A stretch of DNA of 64,000 bases from an uncultured Candidatus Bathyarchaeia archaeon. Lineage in GTDB: Archaea > Thermoproteota > Bathyarchaeia > RBG-16-48-13 > CAYPFQ01. The stretch's first letter is position 1, and each line of letters opens with the position of its first letter. The notes under the pieces were generated by a model. The model ran no database searches. It saw only the letters and a program-made list of their open reading frames with translations, and had not been told where the DNA came from. The position numbers and the translations under genes are program-made. This document shows positions 39,958-48,671 of this stretch, piece by piece. The stretch covers positions 3,265 to 67,264 of the forward strand of contig CAYPFQ010000002.1 of assembly GCA_964410135.1 (NCBI GenBank), in the 5' to 3' direction.

Positions 39958-40905
39958 CTATCCACAAATCTTTCCAAGTGCAGCAGCAATCATTATTGGA
40001 AAAATCATTGTAGCATCGCCTATGACTGTGACATGTTTGCCTCTGGCTTTCACTTTTCTCCATGAGATAGCTTCCTCAAACGGGGCTCCGCTTAGGCTTC
40101 CGCCTTCAGGGCGGTCTAATGTTATTTGAACTGCGCTGTCAATTCCGTCTCTTAGCATAGCTGCCCCAAGTATGTGGTGTTTAGGCAGCCCGCCGCCTAA
40201 AATTATGGCGCCTAGTTTCTTTGAGTTAAACACTATCTCGGAAAGCTCATGTAGATCGGCAACTGGGTTAACATTGAACTTCCTTAACTGGGTAAACGTC
40301 CATATATGAAGCCCGACCATCGAATCGAATAAGCCTGGGCAGAATATGGGAATTTTCCGTCTAGAGGCTTTGACTAAAATCGAATTCTGATCTTTTAGGT
40401 TAGTTCCAAAATAGTAGAGTAGCTTTCTTATTGATAGTTTGTCACATTCAGTTTCGGGTACAGTTTCAAGAATTTTGTAGACTTCTTTCTCCAGGCTTTC
40501 AAATGCCTCCTGCTTAACATAGACATCGCCAACTCTCCCAATCTTTCTAGTCCTAAGCTTGGCATCATCTGCTTCAAAAGTACCTTTAATATGCCTATAG
40601 CCTAATGCCTCAAGAATGTCATGTACAATGTTTGCCCCACTTGCTATCACACCGTCTACATATTTTCCACCGATTAAATCTCCAATTACCCGCCTCAATC
40701 CACCTGGAATCATCGGTCCAGCCAATGTGAGGAAAACCGTGTAGTCAGAATCCTTAAACATTTCAGCTGTCAAATCAACAGCTTTGGCCAGCCGCCCCGC
40801 GCCTAACACGCCGCATTTCCGCATTTCTTCTAACAGCTGACCTATAGTAATTCCAGGTTTTACACGTATCTGATCAACATAGTCCAATGTGAATGCCTCC
40901 AGCAA
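39958..40905 (-). CDS. dys: Deoxyhypusine synthase
   Basis: 315-aa DHS fold with a conserved NAD-binding Gly-rich region (ILGGGLPKHH). Confidence 0.9.
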   Translation of the reverse strand: MLEAFTLDYVDQIRVKPGITIGQLLEEMRKCGVLGAGRLAKAVDLTAEMFKDSDYTVFLTLAGPMIPGGLRRVIGDLIGGKYVDGVIASGANIVHDILEALGYRHIKGTFEADDAKLRTRKIGRVGDVYVKQEAFESLEKEVYKILETVPETECDKLSIRKLLYYFGTNLKDQNSILVKASRRKIPIFCPGLFDSMVGLHIWTFTQLRKFNVNPVADLHELSEIVFNSKKLGAIILGGGLPKHHILGAAMLRDGIDSAVQITLDRPEGGSLSGAPFEEAISWRKVKARGKHVTVIGDATMIFPIMIAAALGKICG

Positions 40906-40934
40906 TCAAAAAAGGAGGACAATAGAAACTAGGT

Positions 40935-41333
40935 TTACCCACCCTTAATTCTCACAATCTTAATTCTGTCTAAAACCTTCCAGTATTCCAATTCTATGCC
41001 TGAAGCTAGTTTCGATTTAATTTCTTCTTCAGTTGGCATAGTTGCCCAAAAAACATCGTATGTTTCAAGATCCATTAGTTGAACCGCGTCAGGGCTTACC
41101 GATACAACTTGTCCACTTCGTTTCTCGATAACAGGGACTTCAACTTTTGCGTCCACTGGGCTGACCATGCTTCTCTTTATATTATCAAATAGGCCCATCG
41201 CAACAATCCGTGCTTTTGCCGAACCATGCTTTCCGGGCTTAGATTTTTCATACTCAACGATCCTGCAGGGCTCGCCATCTATGATGATATTGTGTCCAAC
41301 TTTTATAGAACCTAAATCTACTGGTTTACTCAT
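40935..41333 (-). CDS. eif5a: Translation initiation factor 5A (aIF-5A)
   Basis: Hypusination loop SKPGKHGSAK. 132 aa. Confidence 0.9.
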   Translation of the reverse strand: MSKPVDLGSIKVGHNIIIDGEPCRIVEYEKSKPGKHGSAKARIVAMGLFDNIKRSMVSPVDAKVEVPVIEKRSGQVVSVSPDAVQLMDLETYDVFWATMPTEEEIKSKLASGIELEYWKVLDRIKIVRIKGG

Positions 41334-41521
41334 CGAGTTTTCCTCGGCATGCTCAATCTTAGGCTTTCTGTTTACAAATAAACTTATAGTTGTTTTGGTG
41401 ATGCTCTCTGGCTAGATCGCTGATACAAGCCGAATCCATTAATAGTATACTTTAATTACCAGCAATTTTAAGTCTAAACCACCATCAAAAATTTAATACA
41501 CGGTTAACTGAGGCGCTTGCG

Positions 41522-42343
41522 ATGTTCAAGACAGTAGGCATCGTAGCACGATTGGATAAGAAGGATGCTGTGCAGTTAGCCAATAAGATAGCCAGTCATT
41601 TATTGTCAAAGGGGCTAACCGTACTGTTTGACTCTGAACTTGGGCTTTTAAAGGGGAAGGCAGTGGCTCTGAACAATATGTTGGCAGATTTGCTTGTGGT
41701 TATCGGAGGGGATGGCACGATACTGCGGACTTGCATGAGCATACCAAAACCTGAAACTCCGATTCTTGGCATAAATATGGGGACTAAGGGCTTTCTCACG
41801 GAGGTTAAACCAGAAGATGCCTTAAAGACAATTGACAAGTGCTTAGCTGGCAAATATCTGACAGAGGAATGTGCAAAGCTATCTTTGCATGTTAACGGCG
41901 ACAAGCTTCCAGATAGTTTAAATGAAGTTGTTATGGCGTCCACTCAACCTCTAAAGATGTTGTACTTCAAAGTTTCAATTGACGGCTTTTCCCAAGTGGA
42001 GTATGGGGCTGATGGGATAATCGTATCTACACCCGTAGGCTCTACTGCTTACTCTTATGCTGCGGGCGGTCCCGCTGTGGACTCGAGGGTTGATGCATTT
42101 ATTTTAACACCATTAAATCCATTAACACTTACGAGACCGATGGTGATTCCTTCAACAAGCACCGTTCGTATTGAGTTGCTAAAGCCAAATGTAAAAGCTG
42201 CTATAATTGTTGATGGAGTCTATCAGCGTGAAATAACGCCTAACCAGTCCCTCAGAGTGAAAAAGTCTAGCTATAACTCAGTGTTTATACGAATTCGCGA
42301 AGACTTCTTTCAGAACCGATTAAAAGGAAGAGGTCTCCTGTAA
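41522..42343 (+). CDS. nadK: NAD kinase
   Basis: GGDGT motif (VVIGGDGTILR) and an NE/D short motif. 273 aa. Confidence 0.85.
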   Translation: MFKTVGIVARLDKKDAVQLANKIASHLLSKGLTVLFDSELGLLKGKAVALNNMLADLLVVIGGDGTILRTCMSIPKPETPILGINMGTKGFLTEVKPEDALKTIDKCLAGKYLTEECAKLSLHVNGDKLPDSLNEVVMASTQPLKMLYFKVSIDGFSQVEYGADGIIVSTPVGSTAYSYAAGGPAVDSRVDAFILTPLNPLTLTRPMVIPSTSTVRIELLKPNVKAAIIVDGVYQREITPNQSLRVKKSSYNSVFIRIREDFFQNRLKGRGLL

Positions 42344-42345
42344 AG

Positions 42346-42903
42346 TTGGGAGAGGTTGATGTTAAAGGAAGGCGAAGCCTCATTCTTGACACATCCGCCT
42401 TTATTATGGGATACGACCCCCTCTCAGTTAGCGATGCGCAATTTACTGTTCCCTCTGTGTTAGAGGAACTCGGACCTAGAACAACTGGAATGTTACGATT
42501 TAGAGTTGCTGAACAGACTGGTAAACTAAGAATTCTGCAACCATCGGACGGGTTTGTTAACCGAATTAAGCTTCTATCAACTGACGCTGGAGATATTCGC
42601 GTTCTTTCCGATGTGGACATTCAAATCTTGGCGTTAGCCCTCCAACTTAAAAATGAGGGCAAGAATCCGGTGATTGTCAGTGATGATTATTCTATTCAGA
42701 ACATTGCTGAGCGGATAGAGGTAGAGTATAAATCTCTTGCTACGTTAGGTATTCAGCATCAGTTAGATTGGCTTTTGTACTGTCCTGCATGTTACCGGGG
42801 ATACCCCTCTAGCTATGATAAAAAAACATGTAAGATCTGTGGCACAATGCTCAAACGGAAGCCTTTAAGGAAGATTATAGCCAGAAAAAAATTAACCGCT
42901 TGA
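42346..42903 (+). CDS. nob1: Endonuclease Nob1 (PIN domain + zinc ribbon)
   Basis: N-terminal PIN domain (LILDTSAFI) and C-terminal zinc ribbon CPACY...CKICG. Confidence 0.8.
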   Translation: MGEVDVKGRRSLILDTSAFIMGYDPLSVSDAQFTVPSVLEELGPRTTGMLRFRVAEQTGKLRILQPSDGFVNRIKLLSTDAGDIRVLSDVDIQILALALQLKNEGKNPVIVSDDYSIQNIAERIEVEYKSLATLGIQHQLDWLLYCPACYRGYPSSYDKKTCKICGTMLKRKPLRKIIARKKLTA

Positions 42904-42912
42904 GGAGTTGAA

Positions 42913-43410
42913 ATGGACAAGCAACTAAAACCTTCTGATTTCTGTATAAACTGGTCTCGGATAGGTTCAAGCATAAGGCGGCTTTCTCTTCTTGGGTGGG
43001 CTCTCGCTGACCTAGCGCGTGAAGCAATAGAAAACGGAGAATTTGAAGAACCAGAAGTAATTGCCGGGGTTGAGGCGAGCGGGGTTCCCTTAGGTTTGAT
43101 TGTTGCTGAAGAGCTGGAAAGGCCTTTCACGGTTGTAAGATCAAGGCCTCATATCCAAAGAGCAATGGGATCTCTGAAGGGAAGATTTCATGGTGCAATT
43201 AGTGTGAGTTTCGCCTCAGTAGAAAAGAAGCGTGTGCTAATAGTCGAAGATGTGATTAGTAGCGGAGAAACGTTGAGTAAGATCGTAAAGGCTTTGAAAG
43301 AAGCTAAAGCAAAACCAGTCGGCATAATCGTATTCATCAACAAACGTGCTCAAGATACAATCGAAGAGGTTCCGATAAGGGCTTTAGTGAAAGTTGTGCC
43401 AATGGAATAG
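42913..43410 (+). CDS. Type I phosphoribosyltransferase-domain protein
   Basis: PRPP-binding motif VLIVEDVISSGETL. 165 aa. Confidence 0.6.
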   Translation: MDKQLKPSDFCINWSRIGSSIRRLSLLGWALADLAREAIENGEFEEPEVIAGVEASGVPLGLIVAEELERPFTVVRSRPHIQRAMGSLKGRFHGAISVSFASVEKKRVLIVEDVISSGETLSKIVKALKEAKAKPVGIIVFINKRAQDTIEEVPIRALVKVVPME

Positions 43411-43433
43411 GCTATCTGAAATTTTTAACGCGC

Positions 43434-44243
43434 TTATTCAACAGTTTTAATCCGTATTTCCTCTTTTGTTTCGCATCGTTCGACGCGTCCATGTCTGAGG
43501 TGGATAATTCGGTCGCTTATGTCGATTGCTTTAAGGTCTCTGGTCGCTGTGATCACGGTTACCCCATTCTCCTTGTTAAGCTGGCTTAGTAGATTGATTA
43601 TCTCCAATCCTGTTTGAAGATCCAAGTTTCCAGTCGGCTCATCCGCCAAGATTAGTATTGGATTATTGACGATGGCTCGTGCGATAGCTACTCTTTGTTG
43701 TTCTCCATCGCTCAATTCTGTAGGTTTATGAGATTGGCGTTCTTTAAGTCCAACCCCTTCTAATGCTTCCCTAGCTCTTCTCAGCTGTTCATCTTTAGGT
43801 ATGCCTGCGAAAACCATTGGTAATGTTACATTTTCTATGGTGGTTAAGAGGGGGATCAGGTTAAACGCTTGGAAAATGTATCCAATTTTATAGCATCGTA
43901 GCCAAGCTAGTTCATCAGCCTTTAGCCCTGTTAAATCCACTGCCTCGATGTAAACCTTGCCGAATGTGGGTTTATCTAATCCCCCTATCATGTTAAGGAG
44001 GGTAGTTTTGCCAGAGCCAGAGGGACCGATAATGGAAATGTATTCTCCTTGCTTAACCTTAAGGTTAACACCATCAAGAGCCTTAACAATCGTAGAACCA
44101 TGCTTGTAATATTTCGCTAGATCCTCGGTTTCAACAACATATTCAAAGTGAATAGCCTGTTCCTCCCAGTAATCTGCTATCGGTTTACAATTATCGTCAA
44201 ATAAGTCTTTAGTCGCCGCCACTAACGGATTGACTGCCGCCAC
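43434..44243 (-). CDS. ABC transporter ATP-binding protein (MacB/LolD-like), no adjacent permease
   Basis: Walker A GPSGSGKTT, signature LSDGEQQRVAIARA, Walker B ILLADEPTGNLD. Confidence 0.85.
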   Translation of the reverse strand: MAAVNPLVAATKDLFDDNCKPIADYWEEQAIHFEYVVETEDLAKYYKHGSTIVKALDGVNLKVKQGEYISIIGPSGSGKTTLLNMIGGLDKPTFGKVYIEAVDLTGLKADELAWLRCYKIGYIFQAFNLIPLLTTIENVTLPMVFAGIPKDEQLRRAREALEGVGLKERQSHKPTELSDGEQQRVAIARAIVNNPILILADEPTGNLDLQTGLEIINLLSQLNKENGVTVITATRDLKAIDISDRIIHLRHGRVERCETKEEIRIKTVE

Positions 44244-44740
44244 TCTCTCATTAGAGTTTCATATAGGTCATCGTATTCTTCAATAGTGTCGTATTCCCCT
44301 AATGCCTCGGCTAGTTTTTGGGCAATGAGATGGTAGCAAAGGTGTACTTCTCTGTCAACTACTCGAAAATAAAAATCGTCGCATGTGCAAAAATCTGCGC
44401 CTGGAATTATTTGATAGTCTCTCTCCCTTCCTACCACAATCCAGACAACTCTTTGACTTGGCTTAAACATGTAGCGTTTTACCCGCCATTTTTTCAAAGC
44501 TTGAAGAGCATTTTCAAACCGCTTTCCAAAGGCAATGGACAACTTAGCTTTTTGTTCATCTGTAATCTGCTTAGCTTTGTTAATCTCCTCGCATATGCTG
44601 TCTAGAATTGCTAGCTCGGAGGGTTTTCTATGGCGAGTTCTGTTCAAAACATTTTCTCCGAAACTCAATTCTATTTGTATCCGTAAAACTATTTCTGGCG
44701 TATGGGTTCTTGATTCGCCCTGCAATACCGTGGCAAGCAT
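44222..44740 (-). CDS. SWIM zinc-finger protein
   Basis: CxCx_nCxH pattern FCTCDDFYFRVVDREVHLCYH. Genuine ATG start. 22-nt overlap with the downstream ABC ATPase. Confidence 0.5.
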   Translation of the reverse strand: MLATVLQGESRTHTPEIVLRIQIELSFGENVLNRTRHRKPSELAILDSICEEINKAKQITDEQKAKLSIAFGKRFENALQALKKWRVKRYMFKPSQRVVWIVVGRERDYQIIPGADFCTCDDFYFRVVDREVHLCYHLIAQKLAEALGEYDTIEEYDDLYETLMREWRQSIR

Positions 44741-45546
44741 TACTTATCGATGAGGAAGATGAGCGTATTCTTGTTATCGCAGATCTCCATTTAGGATTTG
44801 AACATGAATTAGCACAGATGGGAATAAATCTGCCTTCCCAGACACCTAAACTGCAAGCGAAACTCACTCAAATTTTAGAAGAAATAAAACCCACCCGCCT
44901 AATTATCCTCGGGGACGTGAAACAAAGCGTTCCAAAAATCTCATTACAGGAATGGGAAGACATACCAATCTTTTTCGAAGAGATCCAGAAGGCGGTAGGC
45001 AGAATCGAGGTCATTTCAGGAAACCATGATGGTGACCTTGAGCCATTAACCCCCCACGCGATCAAAATTTTTTCACCAAAGGGGATTATCGTAGGCAAGG
45101 AGGAGAAGGTAGCCCTGCTCCACGGTCATGCATGGCCTTCGCCGGAACTGCTCGAAGCCGACTACATAGTTATAGGGCACAACCATCCGGTAGTGCACTT
45201 CAGAGATTCAATTGGCTTTAGAGTTGTAAGGCAAATTTGGCTAAAAGCTAACTGTAATGGACACAAATTAGCCGAAGCTTTCCTCAATTATGCTGGAGTG
45301 AAATTCAATACCGATCCCACCGAGGCATTCAAGAAGGAGTTTAATGTCGAAATAAACACCCCTCAGCTAATTGTTATACCGGCTTTCAACGAGATTCTAG
45401 GAGGTTTGCCGATAAATCTGGAGAAACCCAGCACTTTACTCGGTCCCTTACTCCGGTCAGAAGCTGTAGACATCGATGGTGCGGAAGCCTATCTTTTAGA
45501 TGGAACGTTTCTCGGAGTGGTTAAACAACTTCGCAAGATGGGCTAG
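44710..45546 (+). CDS. Calcineurin-like metallophosphoesterase
   Basis: Motifs VIADLHLG, ILGDV, GNHD, GHNH. Only TTG starts are available (44608 or 44710). The 5' end overlaps the divergent SWIM gene start. Confidence 0.65.
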   Translation: MIRPAIPWQALLIDEEDERILVIADLHLGFEHELAQMGINLPSQTPKLQAKLTQILEEIKPTRLIILGDVKQSVPKISLQEWEDIPIFFEEIQKAVGRIEVISGNHDGDLEPLTPHAIKIFSPKGIIVGKEEKVALLHGHAWPSPELLEADYIVIGHNHPVVHFRDSIGFRVVRQIWLKANCNGHKLAEAFLNYAGVKFNTDPTEAFKKEFNVEINTPQLIVIPAFNEILGGLPINLEKPSTLLGPLLRSEAVDIDGAEAYLLDGTFLGVVKQLRKMG

Positions 45547-45635
45547 AGCTTTAAGACTGAGTGTATTCATTTAAGCAAAACGAAAGTCATTATTAGCATC
45601 TGAAGCGACAAAGCTTATCATAGGACTGTGGATGG

Positions 45636-46991
45636 ATGCGATTTCTAACTGTCGGGCTTGGACACTGCGGCGGCAAGATAGCTAACGACTTCAAAAAAAC
45701 CGCTATTGAACGTAAAAAAATAATAATTGATGTATGCGTCATCAACACCGACAAAGCCGACCTAACAACTCACAAACAGATTCCAGAAGAGAATAAGCTT
45801 TTGATAGGAACAGGTAAGGGTGCTGCAAAGAACTGGCGAGAAGGCTACAATGCAACCATTCAATCGAAGAACAATATAAAATGGCTAATCGAAAAACTGC
45901 TAATGCCCGATACGGATCTAATAATTTTCACAATTGGTGAAGGTGGCGGAAGCGGCTCAGGAATAGCACCAATCGCCGTTGAAATAGCGCAAGAGCTCGG
46001 TAAACCAAGCATCGCTATAGTGACCACTCCATTTGAAACCGAATCCGTGAAGGCGAAGGTAAATGCGGCGATGGGCTTAGATCTTCTCTACCGCCAAGAG
46101 GGATTAAAAGCGTTAATCTGCATTGACAATGATAAGATCACTGCGCACTTCCCAGACAAACTTTTGACGAAGGCTTACGAAAAAGTCAATGAAACTGCTG
46201 TAGACACTTTCTTAGATCTAGTGGATCTAGCTCATATGCCAAGTAGAGCTGACAGAATTGATGAATCAGAGCTAACATCAATTTTTGAATATCCTGGCTT
46301 CGCAACACTAGCCAACTACAAAACTCAGGCAAATCTAGTGGAGGATCTATCTGCAACTCTCCGTCACAGTTGGAACGGAAGCCTATTCGCTGATGTTGAT
46401 GCCGCTACTGCGACTGGAGTGATTTTCGGAGTTAAGGGTCCCACTAACCTATTCACAACAATACAAGTTGACTCTGTGCGGCGGGCTTTCCGAGAACTTC
46501 TGGCCGGCAAAGACGCGATGCTGGGAATCTATCCGGTAGAACGATGTCGCTGGGCTTCCTATGTGGGGATCCTGACAGGCATGGATGTGCCGAAGAAGGT
46601 GCGAGCGCTCCTTGAAACAGCTAAAGAAGAGTCTCAGCGTCACAAGGAAATCCTAGAGGCACGCGTAAAACTGAAACGCGAGGGACTAGGATTTAAACCT
46701 CCTGAACGAGTCACTCAGCCTCAACTAACTTCTGAAATCAAAACAGAGAAAATTGAGCCGATCGGAGAATCAGCATCAATACGTTATGTTGAAATCCGCC
46801 CGCATATAGGCAGGATCCAAAAGTTAATCCAAAGACATTCAGGGGAGACTCACACATTAGAAGAGCTCACAGGCCTGATTCAAAACGAGTTAACCATCGA
46901 GGATGAGCGGGTCGCCCTTGCCTTAATATCAGAGCTACAAAATCGAGGCTACTTGGCAGAAATAAAGAAAAACATATTCCAAATAGCATGA
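45636..46991 (+). CDS. FtsZ/tubulin-superfamily GTPase (divergent FtsZ-like) with ~130-aa C-terminal extension
   Basis: T1 loop GLGHCGGK. INTD...KLLIG block. T4 loop GEGGGSGSG. VTTPF block. T7-like RIDESE. Alignable to FtsZ over roughly the first 310 aa, followed by a charged linker and a winged-helix-like tail. Confidence 0.8.
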   Translation: MRFLTVGLGHCGGKIANDFKKTAIERKKIIIDVCVINTDKADLTTHKQIPEENKLLIGTGKGAAKNWREGYNATIQSKNNIKWLIEKLLMPDTDLIIFTIGEGGGSGSGIAPIAVEIAQELGKPSIAIVTTPFETESVKAKVNAAMGLDLLYRQEGLKALICIDNDKITAHFPDKLLTKAYEKVNETAVDTFLDLVDLAHMPSRADRIDESELTSIFEYPGFATLANYKTQANLVEDLSATLRHSWNGSLFADVDAATATGVIFGVKGPTNLFTTIQVDSVRRAFRELLAGKDAMLGIYPVERCRWASYVGILTGMDVPKKVRALLETAKEESQRHKEILEARVKLKREGLGFKPPERVTQPQLTSEIKTEKIEPIGESASIRYVEIRPHIGRIQKLIQRHSGETHTLEELTGLIQNELTIEDERVALALISELQNRGYLAEIKKNIFQIA

Positions 46992-47061
46992 CAAACCATT
47001 TCACAACGCATATATCCAACAACAGATACTTTTTTCTGGGTTCCAGAAGGTTTTAGACTAT

Positions 47062-48453
47062 TTGAAGTATGATGTTGTAATTGTTGGAGCTGGTCCAGCC
47101 GGACTTTTCGCTGCAAAACAAATCGTGGAAAATAGTAAACTAAGCACACTGGTCATCGATCAAGGATACGATGCCGACGAACGGGTTTGTACTACCACCA
47201 GTTACAAGGGATGCACAAAATGCTCACCTTGCAATATTCTTTGTGGAGTTGGTGGGGCAGGCACGCTGTCCAGCGGGCTTCTAAACCTTCGTCCAGATAT
47301 AGGCGGAGACCTGCTACTCCTCTTAAAAGACGAGAAAAAAGCGTGGGATCTCATAAAATATGTGGACAAAATCTTCCTTCAATACGGCGCCCCAAATAAG
47401 CTCTATGAAGCTACTCCAAGTGAAGTAGAGGGGCTAGAACGTAAGGCCGCGGCTGAAGGGGTCAAATTCATTCCAATTCCACAACGACATATAGGTACCG
47501 ATAATGCGCCCAAGGTAATTTCCAACTTTAAAATTGATTTAGAAAATAAAGGCGTAAAATTTCTCTTAAGGAAGAAAGTTTCTCACATCGACCAAGGAAA
47601 AGTAACTCTTGAGGACGGGACAGAGATTTCATGTAGCTACATGGTGGTGGCTCCTGGGCGTGTGGGTGCCAACTGGCTGGCTGATGAGGCGAAGAGGCTT
47701 AAAATCCCAACAAAATATGAGCCAGTTGACATAGGCGTCAGAGTTGAGGTTCCATCAGTTGTTATGGAGCCTGTCATCCAAGTAAACCGAGATCCAAAAT
47801 TTCACGTTTACTCTGAGACTTACGATGACCTTGTGCGTACATTCTGTGTTAATCACCAAGGCTTCGTTGTCCAAGAGGTTTACGATAACTTCGTCGGCGT
47901 TAATGGGCATGCTCTCGCTGGCAAAAAATCACATAACACGAACTTCGCCCTTCTTGTACGAATCGAGTTAACAGAACCACTCGAAGATACAACACTCTAT
48001 GGGAGAACAATCGCACTTCAAGCTACCACTCTAGGTGGCGGTCGCCCAATTTTACAACGCCTCGGCGATCTGGTGAAGGGTCACCGTTCAACATGGGATC
48101 GAATTGAGAAAGGCAACGTAAAACCAACTCTAACATCTGTTACTCCAGGGGACATAGCTATGGCTATGCCCCATAGAATAGTAAACGACATCATAGAGGG
48201 TTTAAAGAAACTAGACCATGTGATCCCAGGCGTAGCATCCAATTCGACGCTTCTTTACGCCCCTGAAGTGAAGTTCGCAGCCAACCGCATATACACGACC
48301 GACGCTCTTGAAACCCCTATCAAAGGAATTTTTGTAGCTGGAGATGGAGCAGGGCTAGCTCGAGGATTGGTCACTGCTGCTGCAACCGGGGTTATGGCCG
48401 CTCATGGCATTTTAAAACGGGAGTCGATAAAAATCCCCGAACTAGCAGCATAG
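47062..48453 (+). CDS. FAD-dependent oxidoreductase (COG2509-like)
   Basis: Rossmann VVIVGAGPAGLFAA, a Cys cluster CTTTSYKGCTKCSPCNILCG, and GxGxxG later. Confidence 0.7.
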   Translation: MKYDVVIVGAGPAGLFAAKQIVENSKLSTLVIDQGYDADERVCTTTSYKGCTKCSPCNILCGVGGAGTLSSGLLNLRPDIGGDLLLLLKDEKKAWDLIKYVDKIFLQYGAPNKLYEATPSEVEGLERKAAAEGVKFIPIPQRHIGTDNAPKVISNFKIDLENKGVKFLLRKKVSHIDQGKVTLEDGTEISCSYMVVAPGRVGANWLADEAKRLKIPTKYEPVDIGVRVEVPSVVMEPVIQVNRDPKFHVYSETYDDLVRTFCVNHQGFVVQEVYDNFVGVNGHALAGKKSHNTNFALLVRIELTEPLEDTTLYGRTIALQATTLGGGRPILQRLGDLVKGHRSTWDRIEKGNVKPTLTSVTPGDIAMAMPHRIVNDIIEGLKKLDHVIPGVASNSTLLYAPEVKFAANRIYTTDALETPIKGIFVAGDGAGLARGLVTAAATGVMAAHGILKRESIKIPELAA

Positions 48454-48457
48454 CCCG

Positions 48458-48535
48458 TGGTGGGGCTGCCCGGATTTGAACCGGAGTCTCGTGGGCCCGA
48501 GCCACGTAGCCTAGACCATGCTAGCCGACAGCCCC
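48458..48535 (-). tRNA. tRNA-Pro (anticodon CGG), 3' CCA genomically encoded
   Basis: Minus-strand read GGGGCUG...CGUGG-CUCGGGC-CCACG...UCCGG-UUCAAAU-CCGGG-CAGCCCC-A-CCA. 7-bp acceptor stem, T-loop UUCAAAU, 7-nt anticodon loop with U33 and G37. Confidence 0.75.
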
Positions 48536-48624
48536 TCAGCATTCTTCAAAGTGAGCCTCGCATAAATATTTCTTCATCTTTACCATCGTTTTCTGTCGAA
48601 TTTGCTGTCGAAATTTCAGAAAAC

Positions 48625-48633
48625 AGTATAAAG
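48625..48633 (+). promoter_or_regulatory. Candidate TATA box (AGTATAAAG) for hmgA
   Basis: About 40 nt upstream of the ATG at 48672. A GGAGG Shine-Dalgarno lies 8 nt before that ATG. Confidence 0.45.
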
Positions 48634-48671
48634 GGCGGTGTTCACTGTTGAGCCTTAACGGAGGAGAATTA

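Noticed and set aside
41380-41450. Possible C/D-box sRNA (GTGATGC ... CTGA) in the aIF5A/nadK intergenic region
   Set aside because: Only one imperfect C-box and one CTGA. No C'/D' pair and no terminal stem. Not supportable by eye.
44608-44709. N-terminal 34-aa extension of the phosphoesterase ORF (TTG at 44608)
   Set aside because: It would overlap about 130 nt of the ATG-initiated SWIM gene on the opposite strand. The shorter TTG start at 44710 is preferred but unproven.
46949-47149. 66-aa minus-strand ORF between the ftsZ-like gene and the FAD oxidoreductase
   Set aside because: Overlaps the ends of two well-supported plus-strand genes and has no motifs.
48457-48651. 64-aa ORF (MVGLPGFEPESRGPEPRSLDH...)
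   Set aside because: It lies antisense across the tRNA-Pro gene and its promoter. Its composition comes from the tRNA sequence, so it is a spurious ORF.
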